64,000 bases of DNA from positions 64,023-128,022 of the forward strand of contig JBFWQY010000003.1 of the NCBI GenBank assembly GCA_050249195.1, given 5' to 3'. Shown here piece after piece: positions 1 through 9,300 of this stretch. The notes under the pieces are model-generated. The model was given only the letters and a program-made list of their open reading frames with translations. It ran no database searches and was not told the DNA's origin. Source of the DNA: Bdellovibrionales bacterium (GTDB lineage Bacteria; Bdellovibrionota; Bdellovibrionia; Bdellovibrionales; UBA1609). Each line of letters begins with the position of its first letter. Within the stretch, counting starts at the first letter, position 1. Made by a program: the position numbers and the translations under genes.

Positions 1-153
1 TACCCCGTCTTGATTTTAGATGATCTGGTCCCGAATGTTCAAAATGAAGACTTGATCTGTCTCAAACTGAGATGGAAGTGAACCATATTCGTCTGAAATA
101 TAAGTCGAATTCATTTCTTCCCGACGGGATTCTAACAAAAAGGGAGGTTTGTT

Positions 154-933
154 ATGGAGTCTGTAATCAAAGCTGTCACGGTCATGACTATGGCCCTGCT
201 CCTGACCAACTGTGGTCAGGACATGGAATTCGCGGCCCCCGGTGACCTTGGGGAAAAAACAAATTCGGAGTCTTCCGTCATCGGAGGTGATGAGTCATCG
301 GATTCGGGCTCTGCGAGCAGCGGCACTGCCGGATCGACGACTGGGTCCGACGCCGACGCCGACGCCGGGTCTGACTCCGTTGCTGAGTCCGAGTCCAGTG
401 GATCTGGTCTTGAAACCGGAACGGCGCTCTACGATGGAGATTTGGTCTGTGAAGTAGAAAAGGTGAGTTCAGAAATAGAAAAGGGGAGTTCCGGGCGGAA
501 AAAGTTCCGGGCGGTCACTGTTGTGGATTTAGACAACGGTATCTATGTCGCCCAAGTCCTATTCTACGCTTTTAGTGCGGAGGGAAAGGTTATCGGCGCT
601 GTTAAGTCATCTCGTTTCAAAGTTGGCTGGTATAGCGCTTTACCGACCTATGGACAAAACGCGTTTGAAGGCAGCTCGAACGACGGCGCCTTGTTGATCT
701 ATTCATTGAATAGTGAGTGTTGGGAGCTTGGCCGCCCCGAGTGTATCAATGCAAAGGTGTTCGGCCGAGCCAATCTGAAGACCGCCACAGTGCAGGGAGA
801 TATAGAAGGCATCAAGTCCGTCTTTAACATGGATCACGAAGGGGTCAGCAGCGATCTCAATTATGCCTTCTGTAGAGGCAAATTGGTGGCTGAAACGGTG
901 AGGGAAACGCTGGCTCAGGTAGGCTACCTCTGA
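154..933 (+). CDS. Putative secreted lipoprotein with Ser/Asp/Gly-rich linker (function unknown)
   Basis: ATG at 154 is preceded by GGGAGG (142-147). N-terminus MESVIKAVTVMTMALLLTNCGQ looks like a signal peptide with lipobox-like LLTNC. An acidic/Ser low-complexity linker is followed by a globular C-terminal half. No catalytic motif recognised. Confidence 0.75.
   Translation: MESVIKAVTVMTMALLLTNCGQDMEFAAPGDLGEKTNSESSVIGGDESSDSGSASSGTAGSTTGSDADADAGSDSVAESESSGSGLETGTALYDGDLVCEVEKVSSEIEKGSSGRKKFRAVTVVDLDNGIYVAQVLFYAFSAEGKVIGAVKSSRFKVGWYSALPTYGQNAFEGSSNDGALLIYSLNSECWELGRPECINAKVFGRANLKTATVQGDIEGIKSVFNMDHEGVSSDLNYAFCRGKLVAETVRETLAQVGYL
349..366. repeat. (GACGCC)x3 hexanucleotide microsatellite inside the CDS (encodes DADADA)
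   Basis: Three perfect tandem GACGCC units read directly from the sequence. Confidence 0.9.
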
Positions 934-989
934 GCTCAGCGAGTTTTAAAAGCGAGATCTGATTAAGCGAGATCAGATTGTGGATCGGC

Positions 990-3047
990 TTAGGTTTCCT
1001 GATTTTTCTGATTGGCGTAGTGCTCACGAATCCAGGTCCGGGCATATTTTAAAAATGCATCATTAATTCCGAAGTACGTCAGATAAACGAGGTAAGCGCC
1101 CTTCTCAGAGGGGTGCTCCTCGCACGCATACACGCGCGCGGCGAGGCAGTTGTTGGGGGCGTTTTCATAAATCGACTTGCGCAAGTACACCACAGTTCCC
1201 GGCTGCATGGGGTGGAAGACTTTAAGAGTCGCACCATATTCACTGAGGGCCTCGAGGTTCACGCTCTTGGAAATATGGGCCGGCAACCCGGGTTGATTCC
1301 ATCCCAGATTGTCGAATTTAAAAAGAGTGTTCTCGTTGGGGAGATGTTCCGAGAGTAAAAAAAGAAGTTGGCGCATATCGACGGGTTTGCTCAATAATCC
1401 GAGGAGATCAATACAGTTCAGCCAGGCCGGTGAAAATTGACCTCCGTTCTCCGTAACGAACACGAATTTCACGTCCTTTTGCGTTTTCGCCAGCCCTTTG
1501 TGGACGGCGCGTTCGGCGATCCCGCCCATCCAGCCGGCGGGATCTTCCGGGACGAAGCTGGTTTCGATCAGCAGCGTATCGAGCTTCTGGCTTTTTTCCT
1601 CGCTAGTCGCCTTGGCCACGATATCCGTGAGTGGCGCCGGCGAAAGCTCGACGGTGACCATACCGTCCACGCCGCCCTTGAAAATCCTAAAGTTAACCGC
1701 GCGTCGCTGGTTCTGCACATCTTGCATGGTCAGCAGCTTGCGCAACTCGCGCCCCTGATTTACGAGCTGGACGGCTTCTTCCATAATCAGACGTGAGGCT
1801 TTCTCTTGCATCAAGCCCAGCCATTTATCGGGACTGGAGAAGATCGCCAGCGCCGGATGGCCCAGAAAGAGGTCGTCGGAGCTGGGTCCGGGGTCCACGC
1901 TTAAGCAGGAAAGATTCGTGGAGGATATCGTCAGTGAAATTGTTGAACTGTAAAAATCCGACTCATCGGAGGCCTTGGGTGGCGAAGTTTTCGAAGACGT
2001 AACCGTGGCGGCGGCGTCGAGATAACGATGGAAAAACACCTGGAACGAGTTTTCCGTGACCACGCGAATGCGGTCCATCTCCTTCTGCATGGCTTGCGCT
2101 AGGGCGTTCGCCGCGGCTTCGTCGGAATCGATAATGGCGATCCCGAATTGGCGCTTGTCTTCTTCTTTCAATGACCATTTTTCAGGGTTAAAGCGCACGG
2201 CCTCGCGGTCCTCCGTCAGCAAACTCTTGTAGCTTGGCGACTTGGATAAGGCCCTTCGGATTTGACCGAGCCCTTCGCGCGATAGACCAAAATAGGTGAA
2301 GTAGACGAGAAACTGACCGTGGCGGGTGGGGTGAGGTTCCGACCGAAGGACTTTGGCGTACACCTCCAGCCGCTGTCTCTCACCAGGGAGCTGGATGTAG
2401 AGGTGCGCGGCGACACCTCGTTTGAGCGGAACAGGATTGCAAACGGCGATCGCGACGTCGGAGAGGCGCTCGATTTTGGCGATCTTCGAGATTTCAATCT
2501 GCTGTTGAACTTCCTGGGTGAAGAGCCAGCGTGGAGTCGTGCGCTTGGGCAATGCCAATAGAATCTGCACCTTCTGCAGGAAAATAAGGCGGTCAATCGG
2601 GAGATAGATCAGATCATCCAGGAAGGGATGCACCATATCGACCTTGCTTAAACCGTCTTCTTCATACTTGAGCATCACCAAACGCAGTTGACCCTCGGCC
2701 GGGAAATGCTTGAAGCGGCGCATGTTAGCCCGAAGCTTGTCGATCCACGGCCCCGGTTTCCCGGAAATGGTGTCTAGCGCGAAAATCAGCATGTGAATTT
2801 CACTGAAGAGCTTCAGTTCCGTGCCATCATGATTGCCGGAGTCCTCCGCGTTCGCGGCACCCTCAGGGGCGCGTTCTTCAGAACCCGGATTCTCCGCCGG
2901 AGCACGATCACGGAAGTAGAGATCTTGCATCTCTTCTTCGGAACGAAAGGTGGCGAAGCGGAGATCGTCGAACTCAAGCTCTTCCAGAAACTGCTCGACC
3001 TGGCGACGAACACGGTCCTCTTTCACCAAGGCAATCACATTCGGCAC
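990..3047 (-). CDS. Hypothetical cytoplasmic signalling protein built from two tandem receiver-like + PilZ-like modules (tentative c-di-GMP effector)
   Basis: 685-aa ORF with a GTG start at 3047. Both halves end in near-identical motifs: QFLVYFTYFGLSREGL (2268-2315) and AYLVYLTYFGINDAFL (1050-1097). Receiver-like KP-helix motifs are YLPIDRLIFLQKV and SKPVDMRQLLFLL. RTTPR (RxxxR-like) and ALSEYGATL (SxxG-like) resemble degenerate PilZ motifs. The domain assignment is tentative. Confidence 0.7.
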   Translation of the reverse strand: MPNVIALVKEDRVRRQVEQFLEELEFDDLRFATFRSEEEMQDLYFRDRAPAENPGSEERAPEGAANAEDSGNHDGTELKLFSEIHMLIFALDTISGKPGPWIDKLRANMRRFKHFPAEGQLRLVMLKYEEDGLSKVDMVHPFLDDLIYLPIDRLIFLQKVQILLALPKRTTPRWLFTQEVQQQIEISKIAKIERLSDVAIAVCNPVPLKRGVAAHLYIQLPGERQRLEVYAKVLRSEPHPTRHGQFLVYFTYFGLSREGLGQIRRALSKSPSYKSLLTEDREAVRFNPEKWSLKEEDKRQFGIAIIDSDEAAANALAQAMQKEMDRIRVVTENSFQVFFHRYLDAAATVTSSKTSPPKASDESDFYSSTISLTISSTNLSCLSVDPGPSSDDLFLGHPALAIFSSPDKWLGLMQEKASRLIMEEAVQLVNQGRELRKLLTMQDVQNQRRAVNFRIFKGGVDGMVTVELSPAPLTDIVAKATSEEKSQKLDTLLIETSFVPEDPAGWMGGIAERAVHKGLAKTQKDVKFVFVTENGGQFSPAWLNCIDLLGLLSKPVDMRQLLFLLSEHLPNENTLFKFDNLGWNQPGLPAHISKSVNLEALSEYGATLKVFHPMQPGTVVYLRKSIYENAPNNCLAARVYACEEHPSEKGAYLVYLTYFGINDAFLKYARTWIREHYANQKNQET

Positions 3048-3104
3048 AGTTCCAATCCCCCAAGTCTAATTACACGCTACAATTGAGAGGGGATTCAAGA
3101 TGAT

Positions 3105-3749
3105 TCAGGGATAGAGTCGGCGGAAGGTCCAGTTCGGGACACCCGGGCCCGAGGGCATCGGCAGGGTGGAGGGCGAGGCTCCCGAGCGCACGAACTCGAA
3201 TCGATCGTGCAGGCGCCCGGGGCGTCCGATCCAGAATTCCATGCGACGAGGCTTCAGAATGTATCCACCCCAGTGTTCCGGGCAGGGAACTTCGGCACCC
3301 CGAAATCGATTCTCCGCTTCCGCCCAGGCCTCCTCGAGCGCTTGCCGTGAGGCCGCGGTTTCGGACTGTCGCGAAATGCACTGGCTGATCTGACTCTCGC
3401 GCGGGCGAGTTCGCCAGTAATCCACCGAAACCTGGCGCGGAACCTTCTCGACCTGGCCCGAAATAATAACCTGGCGGAATAGGGCCTCCCAATAAAAGAC
3501 GGCCGCCGCACGCGGCGTATGAGCGAGGTGGCGTCCCTTGGTGCTGTTGTAGTTCGTGAAGAATGTGAATCCCTCCACCGACCACTCCTTGCACAAAACC
3601 ACGCGCGCATAGGGCTCACCCTCGGGCGACACCGTGGCCACAGTCATCGCCGTGGCATCCTTGGTGGCCGGGTGAGCGGCGGCCTCTTTGATCCATGAGT
3701 CAAAAATCAGGTGCGGGGGCGTCTGTTCGGTGATTTCTAGTCGTTCCAT
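3105..3749 (-). CDS. pdxH: Pyridoxamine 5'-phosphate oxidase
   Basis: Full-length similarity by eye to PdxH, including ATVSPEGEPYARVVLCK, FFTNYNSTKG, RESQISQ and the C-terminal HDRFEF...RLYP. Start is taken at the MERLE ATG (3749) behind GGAG; the ORF track extends to 3767. Confidence 0.9.
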   Translation of the reverse strand: MERLEITEQTPPHLIFDSWIKEAAAHPATKDATAMTVATVSPEGEPYARVVLCKEWSVEGFTFFTNYNSTKGRHLAHTPRAAAVFYWEALFRQVIISGQVEKVPRQVSVDYWRTRPRESQISQCISRQSETAASRQALEEAWAEAENRFRGAEVPCPEHWGGYILKPRRMEFWIGRPGRLHDRFEFVRSGASPSTLPMPSGPGVPNWTFRRLYP

Positions 3750-3965
3750 TCGGGACTCCAGCTGCAAGAGGACATCATTTCAACTTCTCTTCTCCGGTCT
3801 CCACTTGTCTGCCCTTACTGTCTACACTGGTTGCCACAGCTGACGTCAAGCCTAGGCCACCCTGCGCGGCGACTCTCCCTGCCTGGGTCCGTATCTCCGA
3901 GCTTGTCATTGCTTTTCTTGCCCGCTGAAGTTTGCTTTACTGGGAGTAAGAAAAGGAGGTCGAGC

Positions 3966-4238
3966 GTGCAAGAGCAAGAGGCGATCCGCCAGTTTATTGA
4001 TCAGGTGCGCTGGCTTTATGAGCCGGAGTTCGGTGATTTCAAACGTAAGGTGGGCTTGTATATTCAGCGGTTGGAAGAAGCCCATCCCTCATTGAGAACG
4101 GGTGCCCACCACGCGGTCTTGGACAGCATGAGAACCGCTGTCGTTTACAATCCCAACGGAGATATTGAAGCCACCCGTCGCCAAGTCTTGCAACTGGCCC
4201 ATCAGCTATTGGACACGCAAAGTGGCCCGCTCCACTGA
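3966..4238 (+). CDS. Small hypothetical protein (about 90 aa)
   Basis: GTG at 3966 lies 6 nt after a strong AGGAGG (3955-3960). The upstream part of ORF 3831-4238 is Ser/Leu/Pro-rich and not protein-like. No motif recognised. Confidence 0.55.
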   Translation: MQEQEAIRQFIDQVRWLYEPEFGDFKRKVGLYIQRLEEAHPSLRTGAHHAVLDSMRTAVVYNPNGDIEATRRQVLQLAHQLLDTQSGPLH

Positions 4239-5184
4239 GGTTTACCTCTGCTATGATCTGGGCGGCACCAAACTGCGGGCCGCCTACGTCAGTGGCGAGG
4301 GACAGATTCTCTCCCATCTCACGCGTCCCGTGCGACAGGAGGAGGGCTTTGACGGTTTGATCGCCCTCTTCCGCCAGCTGTGGCAAGAGCTGCCAGCGGA
4401 GGGCGGTATCGAAAAGCCGAAGTCGGTCGCTGTCGCTTCAGCCGGCCCACTTCACCCGGAGAAGGGTGTGCTCCTGGATCCAACAAACTTTTTTACCGGT
4501 AGCCAGTCGTGGGGCGTACTTCCGTTGGTTGAGGCCCTACAAAAAGTGTTTGAAACCCCGGTTATCTTGGAGAATGACGCCGCCGCCGCCGCGCTAGCGG
4601 AAATGTGGAAGGGCGGCCACGGCCCTGCCGCCCAGAACCTGGTCACGATGACTCTTGGAACGGGCGTGGGCATCGGCGTGATCGCGAATGGCCAACTGGT
4701 GCGAGCCGGCCGCGGCCTCCACCCGGAACTCAGTCACATGCCGTTGAACGCCTTCGATCCCAACTATCCTTGCGGGTGTGGCGCGTACGGATGTATCGAG
4801 GCCTTTCTTGCCGGTACTCACTTCGCCCGTCGGGTGAGCGCGATAAAGAGTGGAACAGGCGTGGTCCGCGAACTCACGGGACACGACGTGGTGGCTCTCG
4901 CCCGCAGTGGCGATCAGGATGTGTGTGCCGCATTCGAGCTCTATGGTGAACATCTGGCCTTTGCCATCCGCGCCCTGGCCATTAGCTTTGCGCCGGAAGT
5001 CGTGACCCTGTCCGGGGGCTTCTCGCATGCATCCGACTTGTTTCTGGGCCGCACGCGGGAGCTTTTGCCTGAGCTCCTGGCGCGCTACCGAGCCGGCATC
5101 GATCTCCTGCCGGAGATCCGGGTGTCCAAGCTTCAAGATGATGCAGGTGTGTTGGGGGCCGCGTATCTGGCGGCGACTTCTTAG
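4222..5184 (+). CDS. ROK-family sugar kinase (glucokinase-like)
   Basis: Motifs seen: N-terminal DLGGTKLR, ENDAAAAALAE, GTGVGIGVI, and the ROK zinc motif HMP...CGCGAYGCIEAF. The start is uncertain: GTG 4222 is chosen, and the TTG at 4165 of the ORF track is the alternative. Confidence 0.85.
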   Translation: MARSTEVYLCYDLGGTKLRAAYVSGEGQILSHLTRPVRQEEGFDGLIALFRQLWQELPAEGGIEKPKSVAVASAGPLHPEKGVLLDPTNFFTGSQSWGVLPLVEALQKVFETPVILENDAAAAALAEMWKGGHGPAAQNLVTMTLGTGVGIGVIANGQLVRAGRGLHPELSHMPLNAFDPNYPCGCGAYGCIEAFLAGTHFARRVSAIKSGTGVVRELTGHDVVALARSGDQDVCAAFELYGEHLAFAIRALAISFAPEVVTLSGGFSHASDLFLGRTRELLPELLARYRAGIDLLPEIRVSKLQDDAGVLGAAYLAATS

Positions 5185-5230
5185 CGAACTTTAAGGGGTT
5201 AGGCGAGGATTGGCATGCCTTTCAATGGAC

Positions 5231-5257
5231 AAAAGGACGCTCACGGAGCGTCCTTTT
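5231..5257. terminator. Bidirectional rho-independent terminator between convergent genes
   Basis: Perfect 12-bp stem AAAAGGACGCTC / GAGCGTCCTTTT with a 3-nt loop. It is A-rich on one flank and followed by TTTTGATTT on the other. It lies between the stops at 5184 (+) and 5313 (-). Confidence 0.7.
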
Positions 5258-5312
5258 GATTTATTTAGGTCAGGTCATGATGCTTGAGGATGGAACTCTT
5301 CCCAAGCCAGCT

Positions 5313-6029
5313 CTAGGCGGCCCGTCGGTTACTTCCTACGCCACAGTCCTCACCCAGTTTTTGTACGCGGAACTGAAGTTCTGACTCAGGAATAGCGTTA
5401 GGATCATAATTGTTGTCATTGGCGTAGGCCTCTTTGAGGCAAGCGGCCTTGGCATTTACATCTTTAGCGCCCGTACGAACATTACAGGCTACATATTCCA
5501 GCGCATTCTCTCGTGCTTGTGGGCCCCAGCTCACGACGTCCGTGCAATTCACCGCGAACTGTCCTGCGCTCACCATTTGAAGAGCCGACACATAATTGAA
5601 GCGGGTCCCTGCAATCAGAGCTGAAGCTTGATCTTGATTGCTGCAGGTGCCTTTATCTTGTTTAGCAGCGCCGGGCCCTGTGCCGTTATCGTTTGCCGCG
5701 ACCGGCGGCCTATAAACAACAGGAGCCGTTGTCGGGGCTGTGGCGCCTTTGGGAGCAACAGTTTTACCTTCACCCGTAGGAGCAACGGTTTTGCCTTCGC
5801 CTTTAGGAGCCTCCATACCCTTCCCTAGAGTTGAGCCTTGCTCCCAAGCTCTCACGGTCTCACCTGTGGCTCGCGCCGAGGGAGCGGCCTTCATGACCTC
5901 TGGGGCACGCACGTTGCCCAAACCTTGTCGCGGAGCCGTGCGGGCTCGAACGGCTTGTGCGTTTGCGAAATTGGCCGAAGCCATGGCGATCAACGCGACC
6001 GCAGTGACCAAATAAGTTCTGCTAGACAT
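5313..6029 (-). CDS. Secreted Cys-containing protein of unknown function
   Basis: The ATG at 6029 (MSSRTYLVTAVALIAMASANFANAQA, signal peptide) is preceded by GAGGAGG. The ORF track start at 6134 is less likely. Contains a duplicated GEGKTVAP(T/K) segment. Confidence 0.7.
   Translation of the reverse strand: MSSRTYLVTAVALIAMASANFANAQAVRARTAPRQGLGNVRAPEVMKAAPSARATGETVRAWEQGSTLGKGMEAPKGEGKTVAPTGEGKTVAPKGATAPTTAPVVYRPPVAANDNGTGPGAAKQDKGTCSNQDQASALIAGTRFNYVSALQMVSAGQFAVNCTDVVSWGPQARENALEYVACNVRTGAKDVNAKAACLKEAYANDNNYDPNAIPESELQFRVQKLGEDCGVGSNRRAA
5748..5801. repeat. Imperfect 27-nt tandem duplication inside the CDS (GEGKTVAPT / GEGKTVAPK)
   Basis: Two adjacent 27-nt units, 5748-5774 and 5775-5801, differ at a few positions. 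Confidence 0.8.
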
Positions 6030-6331
6030 CTGTAAACTCCTCCTCAAAGCAATCATCGTTACTTTTTCACCCAACCCCTTTGTCGGTTTCTGCGTCTGAT
6101 AGGTCGGCTGCTGTTCAGCCAAAAAGCTGTGCAAAGTTAATGCCCCAAGTTAGGGCTTTCTTTGCTCTTCTTGAATCCCTTCAGTTCTCCCTCGTCTCCA
6201 AATAAAGCCCATTCAGGGACCCGAGAGACAAAAACCGGCACGTCAGAAGACCTTTTCCTATAATCGAGTCGGGCTCAAACTTTCAAACGCCTTTGTAAAA
6301 AAGTTCGCCCGTATCGCGCCATTAGAAAAAA

Positions 6332-9300
6332 TTACTCGCCCTTAACGATGACTGTTCCGCCTTCGAAAGCCGTTAGCACGGTACGGAACTGTACGGCCTG
6401 AATGATCACAGTCCTCATTTGCTGCTGTAGCGTTTCCGCAATCAAAAGAATATGAGAGTTCTCGCCTCCTCCTTTGGCGGGCTTTTCTGCTGCGGGGAGA
6501 GCGGTATCGGGCGGTAAGAGGTCCAAAAGCTTGTTCTCCCAGCTGATTTTTCCGTTTCGAAGCCATCCGCGCCGGAAGCGAATTTCTCCGTGACGTCCTT
6601 CCACCTTGGCGACAACGGGCTGCAAGCCGACGGAATCCTGGGTGCCCGCATAGTATACGGGTTTACCTTCGGGAGAGGCTTGACCTTTAACTTCCGCGCC
6701 TACGGTTGTCGATGACGTTTCAGTTTTCTTCTTATCTGGATCAGCCTCACTTTTATACTGGGAAGTTTTGGCTGCTTGCTCTGGCCACACATGGGGGAGT
6801 TGGTTGAGAATCTTCTCACTAACAGTCGAGATTGCTTTGGAGACGGTAAAAAAAGCAGTCTGGATCTTTGCTAAGTCAGAACGTTTTTCGCTGTTTACAG
6901 TATGAATATGCATCCCGAGCTCCAGTAGAACCCCTTGCAAAAGTACCAATTGCTTTTGCAGTTCATCCAGCTCCGCGATCTTTTTGCCGTGAACCCGGGC
7001 GGCGGATTCTAACATATCCATAAGAAGGGCGCTGTAAAGGCGGAGCTCATCCAGGAGTGAATTGAAGATGCCGTTGGGCATCCGGTGTGTGGCTTCCGCC
7101 TGACAGTCTGAGGCTCGTCCCAGTTCCCGCAAGTGGCGGGCCAGGGAGGGGATCTTCAACTCAGCAGTTGTGGGTTCACAATAGTGATAACTTGCGTTTT
7201 CCAAAGCCGGGACGTAATTGTCCGTCAGCATTTTGGCATATTCCTTACGGAATTGCTCCTGTAGCGCTTCATGCGGGATCATCACATTTTCAAGCCACCA
7301 TTCGTCGAATTTGTTTTGACCTTTATCATCCACCACAGCCGTACGGAGATTTTCGAGGATATATTGTTCCAGTCCACGGGCCAATTGGCCGGACTTCGAA
7401 GCAAAGGGGAACTCATGGGGCTTGTATGGTCCCCCCGTCGTCAAGCCAACGTGATTAAGGAATGACAAGGGTCCGCTTTCAGTGGGTTGGCTGCAGATCA
7501 CCGAGCCACCGGGTATGGGTTCTACGATCCGGGGCGGGTAAAATGAAATGTCCCAAACGCTGTCACTCGACATCTTTTTCGGCGATCTCGCCATGAGATA
7601 GCGGTACACGGAGACAAGCCAGCCCGGCTGACTGTATCGCTCTGCTTCGGGGCCGCAGGCCATCGAGGTGATCATGAAATCATAGAAGTCCGTGATTTCC
7701 ACATTGGGCCATGCCTTTTTATAGTTGTCGCCGTACTCAGCGCCGAGTTCATTGATTCGCGCGCGAAATTCCTCCGGCGTTTCTACCTTCTCTTCCTTTT
7801 CATCTGTGTTGCCGGATTTGCCGCGTTTGGGCTTCTTGTCTGTGCCTAAGAGCTTGTCGATATGATTCTTGTAGAAGGAATAGGAGGCGGCCAACAAACC
7901 GTTGTAGTTGTGAACCTTGAGAGCCCAGGACTTAAAGGACTCGTTGGTGGCTTTCATCAGGAAGTTATTGCGGTATTCAGCATGAATCTCTCCGTAGCGA
8001 CGGATGACGCTATGAACGTCCACCTGGTCGGGCACGTCGCAATTGTACACTTTTTGATAATTGCGCGAGGAGTCCAGACAGACGCGCTCCCATTTGTAGA
8101 GATTTTTCCAATTGTTGGCTTGGAGTCGTTTCCATTCTGTGAGGATCTTCGTCTCTGAATCGTTAATGGAATTCCCGAATTCATTAATGTAGGAGGGTAT
8201 CGCGCGCGCGTCTCCGCCCTTGTACTCGCCGGTGAGACCCGCCCTGTACCAATCATATGTGGCTCGCAGAGGGTACTGGAGATCAGGGTTGTCCGCGTAA
8301 AACTTCTGCGAAACCATTTTCCCAAATGGGAGGAGGGAACTTGAAATAGCGTAGATCCCCATGAATAGCGTTGCCGCGCCAACCATGATCAGGCCGGTGA
8401 CTCCGAGGGGAGGAACCTTGGCGACCCGGATGACCGGTCCAACAACTTGACCGATCCGGGCTGCCACCGTCGGTGTGTGCAGTACGCGATAAATCGGGAA
8501 GAAGACACTGGTTGCGACCAGAATGTCAGGAATCAGGGGAGCAATCTCGTTATCGAGCTGGTAGTTGGCGTACTTGTCGTAAAGGGCGTCGCAGGCGGCG
8601 TAATCTTTGACGAACTTGCCTGTTTTCTTTTGGCTGAACCAGCCGGTACATTTAGAGAAGTTTGGATCATAGAACATCTCCATCATGAGATGGCTGACCA
8701 CGCCGCCGAAAATCATGGCGGCGGCAAAGTGGGGGAGAACAGTCCGCACGGGCCCGGTCGCCATCGCGCCGTGTCCACCCATCCCGATGTAAAAGGGCGC
8801 AGCGGCGGCGAGGAAACCTCCAAAAGATAAATAAAACACGGGGTCGGTCGCGGCATCCGCCCAGGCTTGAAGCGCGCGCGGGTCGTTGGGATACATAAGA
8901 ACCAGACCCAACGCAGTTAAGATTCCAAACGCCAGATAAAAGGAACCTCCCGTCCGCGCGATCGAAGCGGTTCCACCGATCGCTTTGCCTTTCACGGCGT
9001 TGAGTCCACTGCCTTCCATGAAGTTATGCACTGTGGTTCTTAGGCGTTCGCCCTTTACTCGATTCCACTCGAGGGTGCCGCGTAGACTCGACGGCCGGCC
9101 CGCAAGCCATTCCTTCGAGCCGGTCTGATTGGCCGCTTCGGCCGCTTCGAGTGCCGCTCGAGCCTGTTGCGCGCTTTGCGTGAACTCAGGAACGATTTCA
9201 TAGTTACGCGGTCCACTGGGAACATCGCGAGGTGCAGAGCCTTCGGGCACCGTGAGAGCTCGGTTGCTGGGGATTGGTTCTGCCGGGCGGGCTTGAGCCG

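Noticed and set aside
1-115. Short ORF fragments at the left window edge (25-aa + strand tail ending at 78; 31-aa minus-strand ORF)
   Set aside because: They are too short and featureless to support a call. They may be the end of an upstream gene cut by the window.
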